From an uncultured cyanobacterium (GTDB lineage: Bacteria; Cyanobacteriota; Cyanobacteriia; Cyanobacteriales; Nostocaceae): a stretch of 64,000 nt of DNA. Every line of letters starts with the position of its first letter. Positions within the stretch are counted from its first letter, which is position 1. Below the pieces are notes generated by a model. The model was not told the DNA's origin. It did not search any database and was given only the letters and a program-made list of their open reading frames with translations. The position numbers and the translations under genes are program-made. The stretch covers positions 640,001 to 704,000 of the forward strand of contig CAVUDP010000004.1 in assembly GCA_963740315.1 (NCBI GenBank). Reading direction: 5' to 3'. Below, piece by piece: positions 52,752-62,886 of the stretch.

Positions 52752-53228
52752 CTATTGAATTAACAAAACCACAGCATAAGCACAAATCCCTTTCTCTTCA
52801 CCAACGGGACCTAATTTTTCATTAGTAGTAGCTTTGACACCAACTGCGGTAGGTTCAATTTGCAAAACACCAGCTAACTTATCGCGCATTTTTTCAATAT
52901 GAGGTTTTAGTTTAGGACGTTCCGCTACCACCACCGAATCAATATTCCCCACTTTCCAACCTTGTTCTTGAATCAAATTATTAACTTTATCCAAAAGCAT
53001 CAAACTATCAGCACCAGCCCACTTGTCATCGCTGGGGGGAAAATAATGTCCGATATCGCCCAAAGAAAGCGCCCCCAACATCGCGTCCATAATCGCATGA
53101 GTTAGAACATCAGCATCGCTATGTCCTAGCAATCCTAGCGAATGAGAAATTTCCACACCACCTAAAATCAAACGGCGATCGGTAGTTAAGCGATGGATAT
53201 CATAACCGTTTCCAATACGAACATTCAT
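52752..53228 (-). CDS. ispF: 2-C-methyl-D-erythritol 2,4-cyclodiphosphate synthase
   Basis: [20 protein letters not shown] and KATTNEKLG. Confidence 0.97.
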   Translation of the reverse strand: MNVRIGNGYDIHRLTTDRRLILGGVEISHSLGLLGHSDADVLTHAIMDAMLGALSLGDIGHYFPPSDDKWAGADSLMLLDKVNNLIQEQGWKVGNIDSVVVAERPKLKPHIEKMRDKLAGVLQIEPTAVGVKATTNEKLGPVGEEKGICAYAVVLLIQ

Positions 53229-53231
53229 AGA

Positions 53232-53535
53232 ATTTTAGATTTTAGATTTTAGATTTTGGATTGAAAGTTAGGAGTTAGGAGTGAGGAGTGAGGAGTTAGG
53301 AGTTAAGAGTTAAGAGTTAGGAGTTAGGAGTTAGAAGTTAGGAGTTAGAAGTTAAAAATAATTTCTTCCCCCTCTTCCCCCTCTTCCCCCTCTCCCCCTC
53401 TTCCCCCTCTTCCCCCTCTTCCCCCTCTCCCCCTCTTCCCCCTCTCCCCCATCACCCCATCACCCCATCACCCCATCATCCCATCTCCCCATCCCCTATC
53501 CCCCCATCATCCCATCTCCCCATCCCCTATCCCCT
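53232..53535 (-). repeat. Composite repeat on the minus strand: G-rich tract, then CTCCTAA array, then TCTAAAA array
   Basis: Plus strand shows (TTTTAGA)n, (GGAGTTA)n and (CCCCTCTTC/CCCCATCA)n. Confidence 0.9.
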
Positions 53536-54220
53536 TCTCGTCAAGCCATGCTTCATACAAATCGGGACGACGTTTGCGGGTTCTAATTATCTGTTGCTCG
53601 TAACGCCAACGGGCGATCGCTGCATGGTTGCCGGATAATAATACATCGGGGACTTTGCGATCGCCAAATATGGCGGGGCGGGTATATTGGGGATAGTCTA
53701 ATAATCCTTCTTCAAAACTTTCTAATTTTAAGGATTCTGCTTTTCCTACCGTTCCGGGAAGCAGACGTACTACACCATTCATTAAAGCCATTGATGGTAT
53801 TTCACCTCCGGTTAAAATGAAGTCTCCCAGGGAAACTTCGCGGGTGACTAAATCTAAAACTCGCTCATCCACTCCTTCGTAATGACCGCAAATTATCACT
53901 AATTGGTCGTAATCATCCGCCAATTCTCTTAATAAAGGCTGATTAATCGTTTGTCCTTGGGGACTCATCATAATGACTTCTCTTCGCCTCATTACTGGCA
54001 GCGATTCCACGGCGGAGAAAATGGGTCCTGGTTTCATTAACATCCCCACTCCTCCACCATAAGGTTCATCATCGACTTTCCGGTGCTTGTCGGTGGTAAA
54101 GTCTCGCGGATTGACAAAATGCACGTTGGCAATTTGTTTTGCTAAAGCTTTACCAATCAGTCCGGAACTAAGAACGGAAGTAAAACAATCGGGAAATAGC
54201 GTAACTATATCAAAACGCAC
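53507..54220 (-). CDS. trmD: tRNA (guanine-37-N1)-methyltransferase
   Basis: VDDEPYGGGVGM, CGHYEGVDERV, SLGDFILTGGE and YPQYTRP. Confidence 0.97.
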   Translation of the reverse strand: MRFDIVTLFPDCFTSVLSSGLIGKALAKQIANVHFVNPRDFTTDKHRKVDDEPYGGGVGMLMKPGPIFSAVESLPVMRRREVIMMSPQGQTINQPLLRELADDYDQLVIICGHYEGVDERVLDLVTREVSLGDFILTGGEIPSMALMNGVVRLLPGTVGKAESLKLESFEEGLLDYPQYTRPAIFGDRKVPDVLLSGNHAAIARWRYEQQIIRTRKRRPDLYEAWLDEKGIGDGEMG

Positions 54221-54315
54221 AGTATTTCGTATTGGAGGACACTATTCTGGAATTGAACTCGCTTGCGACGATGCAGAGGCGTTGTGGACTAGATTACATT
54301 TAAACTTTATTTAGA

Positions 54316-54467
54316 GTATATAAAAGTACTTAGGATAAGATTTTTTATGTTAAAAGGAAAGTTTTTCTAATTACTTAATTTATGTTTAAATATTGTCACA
54401 TCTAACTTTAAATTAAGATTCAAAAGGGCGTTAACAACATTCTCCGGAAGATTGTATCCTGTATTAC
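54316..54467 (+). promoter_or_regulatory. Two NtcA-type boxes (GTA-N8-TAC) upstream of cphB
   Basis: GTATATAAAAGTAC at 54316-54329 and GTATCCTGTATTAC at 54454-54467. cphBA is NtcA-regulated in Anabaena. Confidence 0.6.
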
Positions 54468-54821
54468 GACAAAAGCACGTTAATATATAGTGCTTTACCC
54501 GCCCGCACTTGTCCGTTCGGGCGGGTGCGGGAAACCAAAAAGGATAGGTGAAATAGGCGCTGCGTTAGCGATTCATAGGACAAGGGGCGTTCTTTAAGGG
54601 GCGTGTCTGTCAAAGCTTTAAGCGAAAAAGCTCAAAAGCACAAAAGCCAAAAGTAGGAGCCACGAAGGTGGAAACTCTTAGCGTCATAATTGCGATTAGG
54701 CTAAAAAGTAGGACATTCAAACATATTTTAATAAATCAAGAAATGTCCCATCGATCGTAAAAATTCGCGAACTGTCCGCGAAGTAATATTAACCGAGACG
54801 GTTGTTGACAGGAGAAAGACA

Positions 54822-55685
54822 ATGCGGCAACTAAAAGCTAAATGGCTGGAAATGACCACACCCCAAGCAACTAAAACCGCCGTTCTGGTTATTGGAGGCG
54901 CAGAAGATAAAGTTCACGGACGAGAAATTCTGCGGACTTTTGTAGACCGTGCTGGTGCAAGAGATGCCCATATTACTATCATTCCCTCTGCTTCTCGGGA
55001 ACCGAGTATTATTGGCGCTCGCTACGTAAATATTTTTGAAGATATGGGAGTAAAAAAGGTTGAAATATTAGATATTCGAGAGCGCGACCACGCTCACGAC
55101 CGTTACTTTAAGGAATCCCTTGAACAATGTAGCGGAGTTTTTTTGACTGGTGGCGACCAATTACGCCTTTGTGGTGTGTTAGCGGATACGCCAGTTATGG
55201 ATATTATCCGAGGGCGAGTCAAAACGGGAGAATTAACTTTAGCTGGTACCAGCGCCGGTGCTGCGGTGATGGGACACCATATGATTGCTGGAGGCGGTAG
55301 TGGAGAAACTCCCAATCGTTCTTTGGTAGATATGGCAACTGGTTTGGGATTTATCCCCGAATTGATTGTTGACCAGCATTTTCACAACCGCAATCGGATA
55401 GTACGTTTAATGAGCGCCATCGCTTCTCATCCCGATCGCTTGGGAATTGGCATTGATGAAGACACCTGTGCCATGTTTGAAAAAGATGGTTGGCTCGAAG
55501 TTATGGGCAAAGGGGCGGTAACAATTATCGATTCAAGCGAACTCACTCATACCAACGAACCTCGTGTCGGAGCAACCGAACCCTTGAGCCTCCACAACCT
55601 ACGAGTACATATTCTCAGTCATGGCGATCGCTATCATCTGTACGGGCGTACCGTAATACCAGCTGATTGGCGAATATCGAGCTGA
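54822..55685 (+). CDS. cphB: Cyanophycinase
   Basis: IGGAEDK, TGGDQLRL, GTSAGA and DQHFHNRNR. Confidence 0.96.
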   Translation: MRQLKAKWLEMTTPQATKTAVLVIGGAEDKVHGREILRTFVDRAGARDAHITIIPSASREPSIIGARYVNIFEDMGVKKVEILDIRERDHAHDRYFKESLEQCSGVFLTGGDQLRLCGVLADTPVMDIIRGRVKTGELTLAGTSAGAAVMGHHMIAGGGSGETPNRSLVDMATGLGFIPELIVDQHFHNRNRIVRLMSAIASHPDRLGIGIDEDTCAMFEKDGWLEVMGKGAVTIIDSSELTHTNEPRVGATEPLSLHNLRVHILSHGDRYHLYGRTVIPADWRISS

Positions 55686-56129
55686 ACGAAAAAATTTTAG
55701 ATTTTAGATTTTAGATTTTAGATTTTGCGGAAAGTTTGGGGTGTAGATGTTCTTCCCCCAAAACTTTCCTGCTCCAGATTTTGGATTGGATTATGAATGG
55801 TTTGGAGCCAAAACGTTTGAACTCGGTCATAAATTTAAATACGTCCGAAAAACAAGCGTTAGACTAACCCGATATGGGGTAATGTGGCTTCAATAATTTC
55901 AGCATTTTCAACAATCTAAAATCGTAAATCCAAAATCCAAAATTGAGTGACGGGAATACGTATGTGTGGTTACACTGGGTTGACCGCAAATTTTTATTGC
56001 ACCATAAAGGCAGAAAAAGTCACAATAATACAAATAAGGAATAAAAAAACTGTTATTCACGAACAGTTATGCGGTCAATTCCAGTACGAAACTATAATTT
56101 TGGTTCCGAATCTCCATCTACCCATAATC

Positions 56130-58829
56130 ATGAGAATCCTCAAGATACAGACTTTACGCGGTCCAAATTACTGGAGCATTCGACGCCACAAGTTAATTGT
56201 CATGCGCCTTGATTTAGAAAACCTTGCCGAAACGCCTTCAAATGAAGTCCCTGGCTTTTATGAGGGATTAGTAGAGGCTCTACCCAGTTTGGAAGGTCAC
56301 TACTGTTCTCCTGGCTGTCGTGGCGGTTTTCTGATGCGGGTTCGTGAAGGCACTATGATGGGTCATATTGCCGAACACGTGGCGTTAGAGCTTCAGGAAT
56401 TAGCCGGAATGCATGTGGGTTTTGGACGCACCCGCGAAACTTCAACTCCGGGAACTTATCAAGTAGTTTTTGAATATTTAAATGAGGAAGCCGGACGTTA
56501 TGCGGCAAGGGCTGCGGTCAGGCTTTGTCAAAGTATCGTCGATCGCGGTCGCTATCCCAAAGCTGAGTTAGAGCAAGATTTGGAAGACATCCGAGACTAT
56601 TGGCGCGATGCTGCTTTAGGACCTTCTACTGAATCAATTGTTGATGAAGCTAAAAAACGAGGTATCCCCTGGATGCCTTTGGGTTCTAGATATTTGATTC
56701 AACTCGGTTACGGCGTGCAGCAAAAGCGCATCCAAGCCACGATGACGGCTAATACCGGCATTTTAGGTGTAGAACTTGCTTGCGATAAGGAAGCGACTAA
56801 GTGCGTTCTAGCCAACTGTGGGGTATCCGTACCTAGAGGTTCGGTAATCAACTTCTTCGACGATTTGGAAGACGCAGTTAGTAATGTTGGCGGCTATCCT
56901 ATTGTGATTAAGCCAGTTGACGGCAACCACGGACGCGGTATCACTATTGATATCAGAAGTTGGGAAGAAGCTGAAGCGGCTTATGATGCTGCCAGAGCCG
57001 TTTCGCGAGCGGTAATTGTTGAGAAATTTTACGTCGGGCGCGACCATCGCGTATTAGTGGTTGATGGTAAAGTTGTTGCCGTTTCCGAACGAGTACCGGC
57101 TCATGTAGTCGGTGACGGTAGATCAACTATTGCCGAACTGGTTGAAGAAACCAATAAAGACCCAAATCGCGGTGACGGTCACGATAACGTTCTGACGCGG
57201 ATTATTTTAGACCGCAATAGTTACGCTTTAATGGAAAGGCAGGGACATACCCTTGATAGCGTTTTAAATAAAAATGAAATTTGTTATTTACGAGCAACAG
57301 CGAATTTATCTACAGGTGGTATAGCCGTAGATCGGACTGATGAAATTCATCCAGAAAATGCTTGGTTAGCTTCTCGGATAGTTAAAATAATCGGATTGGA
57401 TATCGCCGGAATTGATATTGTTACCACCGATATTAGTCGTCCTTTAAGAGAAACGGATGGGGTAGTTGTAGAAGTAAATGCAGCACCCGGATTCCGGATG
57501 CACGTTGCTCCGAGTCAAGGTATTCCCCGCAATGTTGCCGCCTCTGTTATAGATATGCTGTTCCCCGCCGATAAGACTACTCGTGTACCGATTATCAGCG
57601 TTACCGGCACCAATGGTAAAACTACTACTACTAGGTTGCTGGCACATATTTTCAAACAAACCAATAAAGTAATCGGATATACAACGACCGATGGCACTTA
57701 CATCGGAGAATACTTAGTAGAAGCCGGAGATAACACCGGACCCCAAAGCGCTCAATTGATATTGCAAGACCCGACGGTAGAAGTTGCCGTGTTAGAAACA
57801 GCACGCGGGGGTGTCCTGAGATCGGGATTAGGTTTTGAAGCATCGAATGTAGGTGTAGTGCTTAATGTTGCTGCCGATCATTTAGGTTTGGGCGATATTG
57901 ATACCATCGACCAGTTGTCCCATTTGAAGAGTGTAGTTGCAGAAGCGGTATATCCCGATGGCTATGCAGTATTAAACGCCGACGATCCAAGAGTTGCTGC
58001 AATGGCAGAAAGGACAAAAGCGAATATTGCTTACTTCACCATGAATCCGCAATCGGAATTAGTTAGGGGGCATATTGAAAAAGGTGGAGTGGCAGCGATT
58101 TATGAAAATGGCTTTTTGTCCATCTTCAAAGGGGATTGGACTCATCCCATAGAAAAAGTAGATAATATTCCTTTAACAATGGGTGGACGTGCGCCGTTTA
58201 TGATTGCTAACGCTTTAGCAGCATCATTAGCAGCTTTCGTTCAAAACGTTTCTATAGAAGAAATTCGGGCTGGTTTAAACACCTTCCGCGCTTCGGTGAA
58301 TCAAACTCCGGGACGGATGAATTTATTTAACTTGGGTAAACACCACGCTTTAATAGATTACGCACATAACCCCGCCTCTTATGAAGCGTTAGGCGAATTT
58401 GTACGTAACTGGACATCCGGACAGCGGATTGGTGTAATTGGCGGACCTGGCGATCGCCGCGACGAAGATTTCGTGATGTTAGGTAAATTAGCATCTTCGA
58501 TTTTCGATTGCATCATCATTAAGGAAGATGACGACACGCGAGGAAGACAACGGGGTTCGGCTGCGGATTTAATTACTCAAGGCATTAGGGAAGCAAACCC
58601 AGATTGCCTGCATGAAATAGTTTTGGATGAAACAGAAGCGATTAATAAAGCTTTGGATTTAGCCCCAGATGACAGTTTGGTGGTAATTTTACCAGAAACC
58701 GTTAGTCGTGCCATTAAATTAATTAAAGCTAGGGGTGTAATTGAAGAAGAAATAGAACCGAAGCTTAATAGCCCGACTCCCCAAGATAAACAAGTAGGAG
58801 AGATATCTTCGGTATTAAATTCCTTGTGA
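56130..58829 (+). CDS. cphA: Cyanophycin synthetase
   Basis: MRILKIQTLRGPNYWS start; ATP-grasp domain (KPVDGNHGRG, EVNAAPG); Mur-ligase domain (TGTNGKTTT, DYAHNP). Confidence 0.98.
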   Translation: MRILKIQTLRGPNYWSIRRHKLIVMRLDLENLAETPSNEVPGFYEGLVEALPSLEGHYCSPGCRGGFLMRVREGTMMGHIAEHVALELQELAGMHVGFGRTRETSTPGTYQVVFEYLNEEAGRYAARAAVRLCQSIVDRGRYPKAELEQDLEDIRDYWRDAALGPSTESIVDEAKKRGIPWMPLGSRYLIQLGYGVQQKRIQATMTANTGILGVELACDKEATKCVLANCGVSVPRGSVINFFDDLEDAVSNVGGYPIVIKPVDGNHGRGITIDIRSWEEAEAAYDAARAVSRAVIVEKFYVGRDHRVLVVDGKVVAVSERVPAHVVGDGRSTIAELVEETNKDPNRGDGHDNVLTRIILDRNSYALMERQGHTLDSVLNKNEICYLRATANLSTGGIAVDRTDEIHPENAWLASRIVKIIGLDIAGIDIVTTDISRPLRETDGVVVEVNAAPGFRMHVAPSQGIPRNVAASVIDMLFPADKTTRVPIISVTGTNGKTTTTRLLAHIFKQTNKVIGYTTTDGTYIGEYLVEAGDNTGPQSAQLILQDPTVEVAVLETARGGVLRSGLGFEASNVGVVLNVAADHLGLGDIDTIDQLSHLKSVVAEAVYPDGYAVLNADDPRVAAMAERTKANIAYFTMNPQSELVRGHIEKGGVAAIYENGFLSIFKGDWTHPIEKVDNIPLTMGGRAPFMIANALAASLAAFVQNVSIEEIRAGLNTFRASVNQTPGRMNLFNLGKHHALIDYAHNPASYEALGEFVRNWTSGQRIGVIGGPGDRRDEDFVMLGKLASSIFDCIIIKEDDDTRGRQRGSAADLITQGIREANPDCLHEIVLDETEAINKALDLAPDDSLVVILPETVSRAIKLIKARGVIEEEIEPKLNSPTPQDKQVGEISSVLNSL

Positions 58830-58836
58830 AGGAACG

Positions 58837-58892
58837 ATGAGTAAAGAGTTATAAATTGCGATTACCGTCAGAATTTATGACTTTTTACCCAT
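58837..58892. terminator. Long hairpin between convergent cphA and tatA, possibly a bidirectional terminator
   Basis: GATGAGTAAAGAGTTATAAATT / AATTTATGACTTTTTACCCATC imperfect inverted repeat. Confidence 0.55.
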
Positions 58893-58902
58893 CACTCTTT
58901 AT

Positions 58903-59085
58903 TTATCGATATTCTTGGTCATTTTCGTTACCATTCTCATCGTCCGAAGACTCCTTTAATTCTTCCTTAAAACCCCGCAGAGTTTTTCCCAATGCGCTTC
59001 CCAACTCAGGAATCTTTTTTGGTCCAAAAATCAAAATCGCCACAACCGCAATTACAGCCATTTCCGGAAAACCCAATCCAAACAT
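58903..59085 (-). CDS. tatA: Twin-arginine translocase TatA/E
   Basis: MFGLGFPEMAVIAVVAILIFGPKKIPELG. Confidence 0.95.
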   Translation of the reverse strand: MFGLGFPEMAVIAVVAILIFGPKKIPELGSALGKTLRGFKEELKESSDDENGNENDQEYR

Positions 59086-59245
59086 AGCGCCTCTTTAAAC
59101 GAATATTCTTTCTATATAGTAGATTGCGGGTGTAGATATATGTAGGGTGCCCTAAACTCAAAACTTATTTATTGTTCTGGTAAAACTTTTTTGTTCTGAA
59201 AATAGGTTCTGAAGTTACTTAAGATATTGTGTTGTCATATCCCAA

Positions 59246-60730
59246 CTACTCTAAAGTAACGGGTAAATTCAACCAATCGCTTAACTCAGAAGCTAACCAT
59301 TCAAGTTCGGATTCGTTTACTATCGGACCACCATCTTGAAATTTATATTTACATACTCCGGTACTAATGATTAATTGAGCAAAGATTTGTGTTTTCTCAC
59401 CATTAGAATCTTTGACAAAATGTCTCGGAATATAAGTTAATTTATTGATATCTTTTTTATCCGATACCCTTGGAAGTTGGAATTTTAATCCTAATAGTTC
59501 GTAAAATTTACTAATTCGCTCGTTGTTTAAACTTAATCGAATTCCAAACAGCGAAAATACAAAACTGTACATTAAAAAGAAACCAGAACCCCAAAAAGGT
59601 AGAGAAAGAACGAATAATAGTAAATCGATCGGAAAAACGCCGCTACTAACAGCGCCAATCGTCCACAATAAAGTTAATGAATTCCAAGCAGTCGCAAATA
59701 AACCTAAGAATATCAATGATGGGTGAAAGCCGATTGCAGGAATCAGTATTTCTAAGTTATCTTCGCCTTTATGGAGTGTAATTCTGCTTCCAGATGGTTT
59801 AGTAACTTTGAGTGCGTTGGAATTAAACTTATCAAAGCTGTTTACTAATAATTGCTGATTTTTGGGAATCCAGTTTTTACCATTCCAATACCAACTACCT
59901 GAAATAAGTTTAGTAAATGATGGTTTTAGCTGTTGTAGCGCTGATAATGCTTGACGTGCAGATTTTATTCGGGTTTCTAAAGTGGGTTCGGTAGTAGCTC
60001 TCAACCATTGAGTAAATTCGGGACTCAAAGAAGTCAAATGCTCAAACTGGATGCGTCCATTACGAAGAGGTAAATCTGCTGGATGGGTACCCGTTACCAA
60101 GTAAATCAACGTCGCACCCAAACTGTAAATATCCGAAGCTGGTACGGTGCGATCGCCAAATTGTTCGAGGGGCATATATCCGTAAGTTCCAACTACAGTA
60201 CGGGTACCAAACTCTTTAACCGTAGCGCCTTGTATTGAACCAAAGTCAATTAAATGTATATCTCCGAGGCGATCGCCAGTTCTATCTGCTAACAAAATAT
60301 TACTTGGTTTGATATCGCGATGAATAACTGGTGGAGAAACCGAATGTAAATAAATTAAGATATCTAACAGTTTTATACCAATTTGTTTAACTTCTGCTTC
60401 TGTAAAAGTACGTCCCGATTTTATATGTTGTTCTAAAGTTTGCGCCGGAATATAAGTTTGTGCCAGAGCAAATCCACATAGTGGTTGTTGGATTTCAAAA
60501 TAATCTATGTATCTGGGAATACAGGTATGTGATAATTTTTTTAACGTCCGCGCTTCCCGCTCAAATAACTTGAGATCGTCCCATTCAAAATCACTGTTAA
60601 AGCAAAGCAACTTAATTACAACCAGTTCAAGAGCTTGTAAATCGCGGACTTTAAAAGTTCTTCGTCCAGTCTTTTTTCCTAACAGAGAAACTATTTCATA
60701 GCGATTAGCCAATACCTCACCAATCATCAC
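59246..60730 (-). CDS. Ser/Thr protein kinase with C-terminal membrane domain
   Basis: HRDIKPSNIL, DFGS and GTYGYMPLEQF; two TM helices near the C-terminus. Confidence 0.9.
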   Translation of the reverse strand: MMIGEVLANRYEIVSLLGKKTGRRTFKVRDLQALELVVIKLLCFNSDFEWDDLKLFEREARTLKKLSHTCIPRYIDYFEIQQPLCGFALAQTYIPAQTLEQHIKSGRTFTEAEVKQIGIKLLDILIYLHSVSPPVIHRDIKPSNILLADRTGDRLGDIHLIDFGSIQGATVKEFGTRTVVGTYGYMPLEQFGDRTVPASDIYSLGATLIYLVTGTHPADLPLRNGRIQFEHLTSLSPEFTQWLRATTEPTLETRIKSARQALSALQQLKPSFTKLISGSWYWNGKNWIPKNQQLLVNSFDKFNSNALKVTKPSGSRITLHKGEDNLEILIPAIGFHPSLIFLGLFATAWNSLTLLWTIGAVSSGVFPIDLLLFVLSLPFWGSGFFLMYSFVFSLFGIRLSLNNERISKFYELLGLKFQLPRVSDKKDINKLTYIPRHFVKDSNGEKTQIFAQLIISTGVCKYKFQDGGPIVNESELEWLASELSDWLNLPVTLE

Positions 60731-60948
60731 GTACCCCCAGTTGAGCTTTAATACTCGGACAAACGAATCACCGAATTTTAGATTTTAAAGAAAGGATTAT
60801 GTATGTAAGATTCAAAATCCTTTCGTAAAAAAAGGTCTTAGCCCCGAATTTATTCGTGGAATAATTCTATTATCCAAAATTGTCTGACGGTTATAGAAAT
60901 ATTGTTACAGCTCCAAACGAATTATTATATCTAATTCAACTTATTATT

Positions 60949-61548
60949 ATGACGAAGTTGTGGCCTTACATTACTCCAGGAATTCCAGATGAATTATTCG
61001 AGCGTTTGCCGGGAATCCCCTTAAGTAAGCGAGAAATCCGATTGTTACTTATTTCGCAACTGCGATTGCAATCTGAAGACGTACTGTGGGATATTGGTGC
61101 GGGTACGGGTACAATTGCCATTGAAGTCGGGTTATTGTGTCCCCAAGGAAGAATTATCGCCGTAGAAAGAGATCAAGAAGTAGCCAATCTGATCCGTCAC
61201 AATTGCGATCGCTTTGAAGTCAAAAACGTAGAAGTAATTGAAGGTAGCGCACCCGAATGCTTGCACGATCTTAAAGATACACCCCAACGGGTTTGCATTG
61301 AAGGAGGGCGTTATGTCACCGAAATTCTACAAACGGTATGGAACTACTTACCGTCACACGGTCGAGTAGTAGCAACAGCTGCTAATCTAGAAAGTCTGTA
61401 TGCCGTTTCCCAAAGCTTCGCGACTTTGCAAGCGAGAAACGTTGAAGTTGTTCAATCTGCCGTTAACCGCCTCGAAACGCGGGGTTTTAGCCAAACCTTC
61501 ACAGCCGTAGACCCAATTTTTATTCTTAGCGGCGAAAAGTTAGATTGA
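60949..61548 (+). CDS. cbiT: Precorrin-6Y C5,15-methyltransferase (decarboxylating) subunit CbiT
   Basis: PGIPDELF...SKREIR, LWDIGAGTG and GSAPECL. Start at ATG 60949. Confidence 0.92.
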   Translation: MTKLWPYITPGIPDELFERLPGIPLSKREIRLLLISQLRLQSEDVLWDIGAGTGTIAIEVGLLCPQGRIIAVERDQEVANLIRHNCDRFEVKNVEVIEGSAPECLHDLKDTPQRVCIEGGRYVTEILQTVWNYLPSHGRVVATAANLESLYAVSQSFATLQARNVEVVQSAVNRLETRGFSQTFTAVDPIFILSGEKLD

Positions 61549-61555
61549 TAAAAAG

Positions 61556-61750
61556 GGGTATGGGGAGATGGGGTAGAGGGGGAAGAGGGGGTAGAGGGGG
61601 TAGCAAATTCTTAACTACTAACTTCTAACTCAATACTCATAACTCATAACTCATAACTCATAACTCATAACTCATAACTCATAACTCATAACTCATAACT
61701 CAATACTCAATACTCTCAATCTAATATCTAAAATCCAAAATCCAAAATTC
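61556..61750 (+). repeat. Composite repeat: G-rich tract, (CTCATAA)n, (AAAATCC)n
   Basis: Directly visible. Confidence 0.9.
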
Positions 61751-61758
61751 TATAGTCT

Positions 61759-62643
61759 ATGTCTTTGTCTCGGATTTTAAGTGGAATTATTGCGATCGCC
61801 CTCGCTTTGGGTGGCACTATTTTGGGAGGATGGTATTTTACATTTTTTTATGTAATCATCATCTTTCTAGGGCAGCGAGAATATTTTAATTTAGTACGAG
61901 CCAAAGGCATTGCTCCAGCAGGCAAGATTACAATGGTTGTCAGTCAAGTTTTGTTAGCAATTTGCACCTTTGATAGCAACTTAGCTGACGCTGTAATGCC
62001 ACTAGCCGGTACATTTATTTGTTTTTACCTGTTATTTCAGCCGAAAATGGCATCAATAGCCGATATTTCCGCTTCAATTCTCGGCTTATTCTATACGGGA
62101 TATTTACCGAGTTACTGGGTACGGTTGCGAGCCATTGATACTGCAAATTTCAGCAATCTACCTTTGGGAGGTTATTTTCCACCTTCTCTAACAGCATTTA
62201 TAGGTAGAGAAAATTTTTCCGCCTTACCGTTGGGATTAGGTGCAACCTTACTTACCTTCATGTGTATTTGGGCTGCTGATATCGGCGCTTATTTCGTCGG
62301 TAAATATTTTGGGAAAACACCTTTATCAGGTATCAGCCCTAAGAAAACTGTAGAGGGAGCAATTTTCGGAATTTCGGCAAGCGTTGCAGTCGGAATTGCA
62401 GTAGCTTACTACATTGATTTGCCCGAATTTTATCTTACAGGTGCTGCATTAGGCTCGTTAATTGGTATTGCCAGTCTGTTAGGCGACTTAACAGAGTCCA
62501 TGCTCAAACGCGATGCAGGAGTTAAAGATTCAGGAGACTTAATTCCCGGTCATGGAGGAATATTAGACCGTACCGACAGCTACATTTTCACCGCTCCATT
62601 AGTTTACTACTTCATCACCCTGCTATTGCCGCTGCTTGGTTGA
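61759..62643 (+). CDS. cdsA: Phosphatidate cytidylyltransferase
   Basis: WAADIGAYFVG, ISPKKTVEG and GDLTESMLKRDAGVKDSG...HGGILDRTDS. Confidence 0.96.
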   Translation: MSLSRILSGIIAIALALGGTILGGWYFTFFYVIIIFLGQREYFNLVRAKGIAPAGKITMVVSQVLLAICTFDSNLADAVMPLAGTFICFYLLFQPKMASIADISASILGLFYTGYLPSYWVRLRAIDTANFSNLPLGGYFPPSLTAFIGRENFSALPLGLGATLLTFMCIWAADIGAYFVGKYFGKTPLSGISPKKTVEGAIFGISASVAVGIAVAYYIDLPEFYLTGAALGSLIGIASLLGDLTESMLKRDAGVKDSGDLIPGHGGILDRTDSYIFTAPLVYYFITLLLPLLG

Positions 62644-62645
62644 AA

Positions 62646-62825
62646 TGGGGAGAGGGGGAGATGGGGAGAGGGGGAGATGGGGAGAGGGGGAGATGGGGAG
62701 ATAGGGAGATAGGGAGATAGGGAGATAGGGAGATAGGGAGATAAAAAGAATTTTAACCTTTAACCTTTAACCTTTAACCTTTGACCTTAATTACTCCTAA
62801 CTCCTAACTATTCCCAATCCCCAAT
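62646..62825 (+). repeat. Composite repeat: (GGGGAGATGGGGAGAGG)n/(AGGGAGAT)n, (CCTTTAA)n, CTCCTAA
   Basis: Directly visible. Confidence 0.9.
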
Positions 62826-62886
62826 TCCATAATAAAATTCGTTAAAAAAGAATAATTTTTTACCTCAATTATCTATTAAGTGTTGA

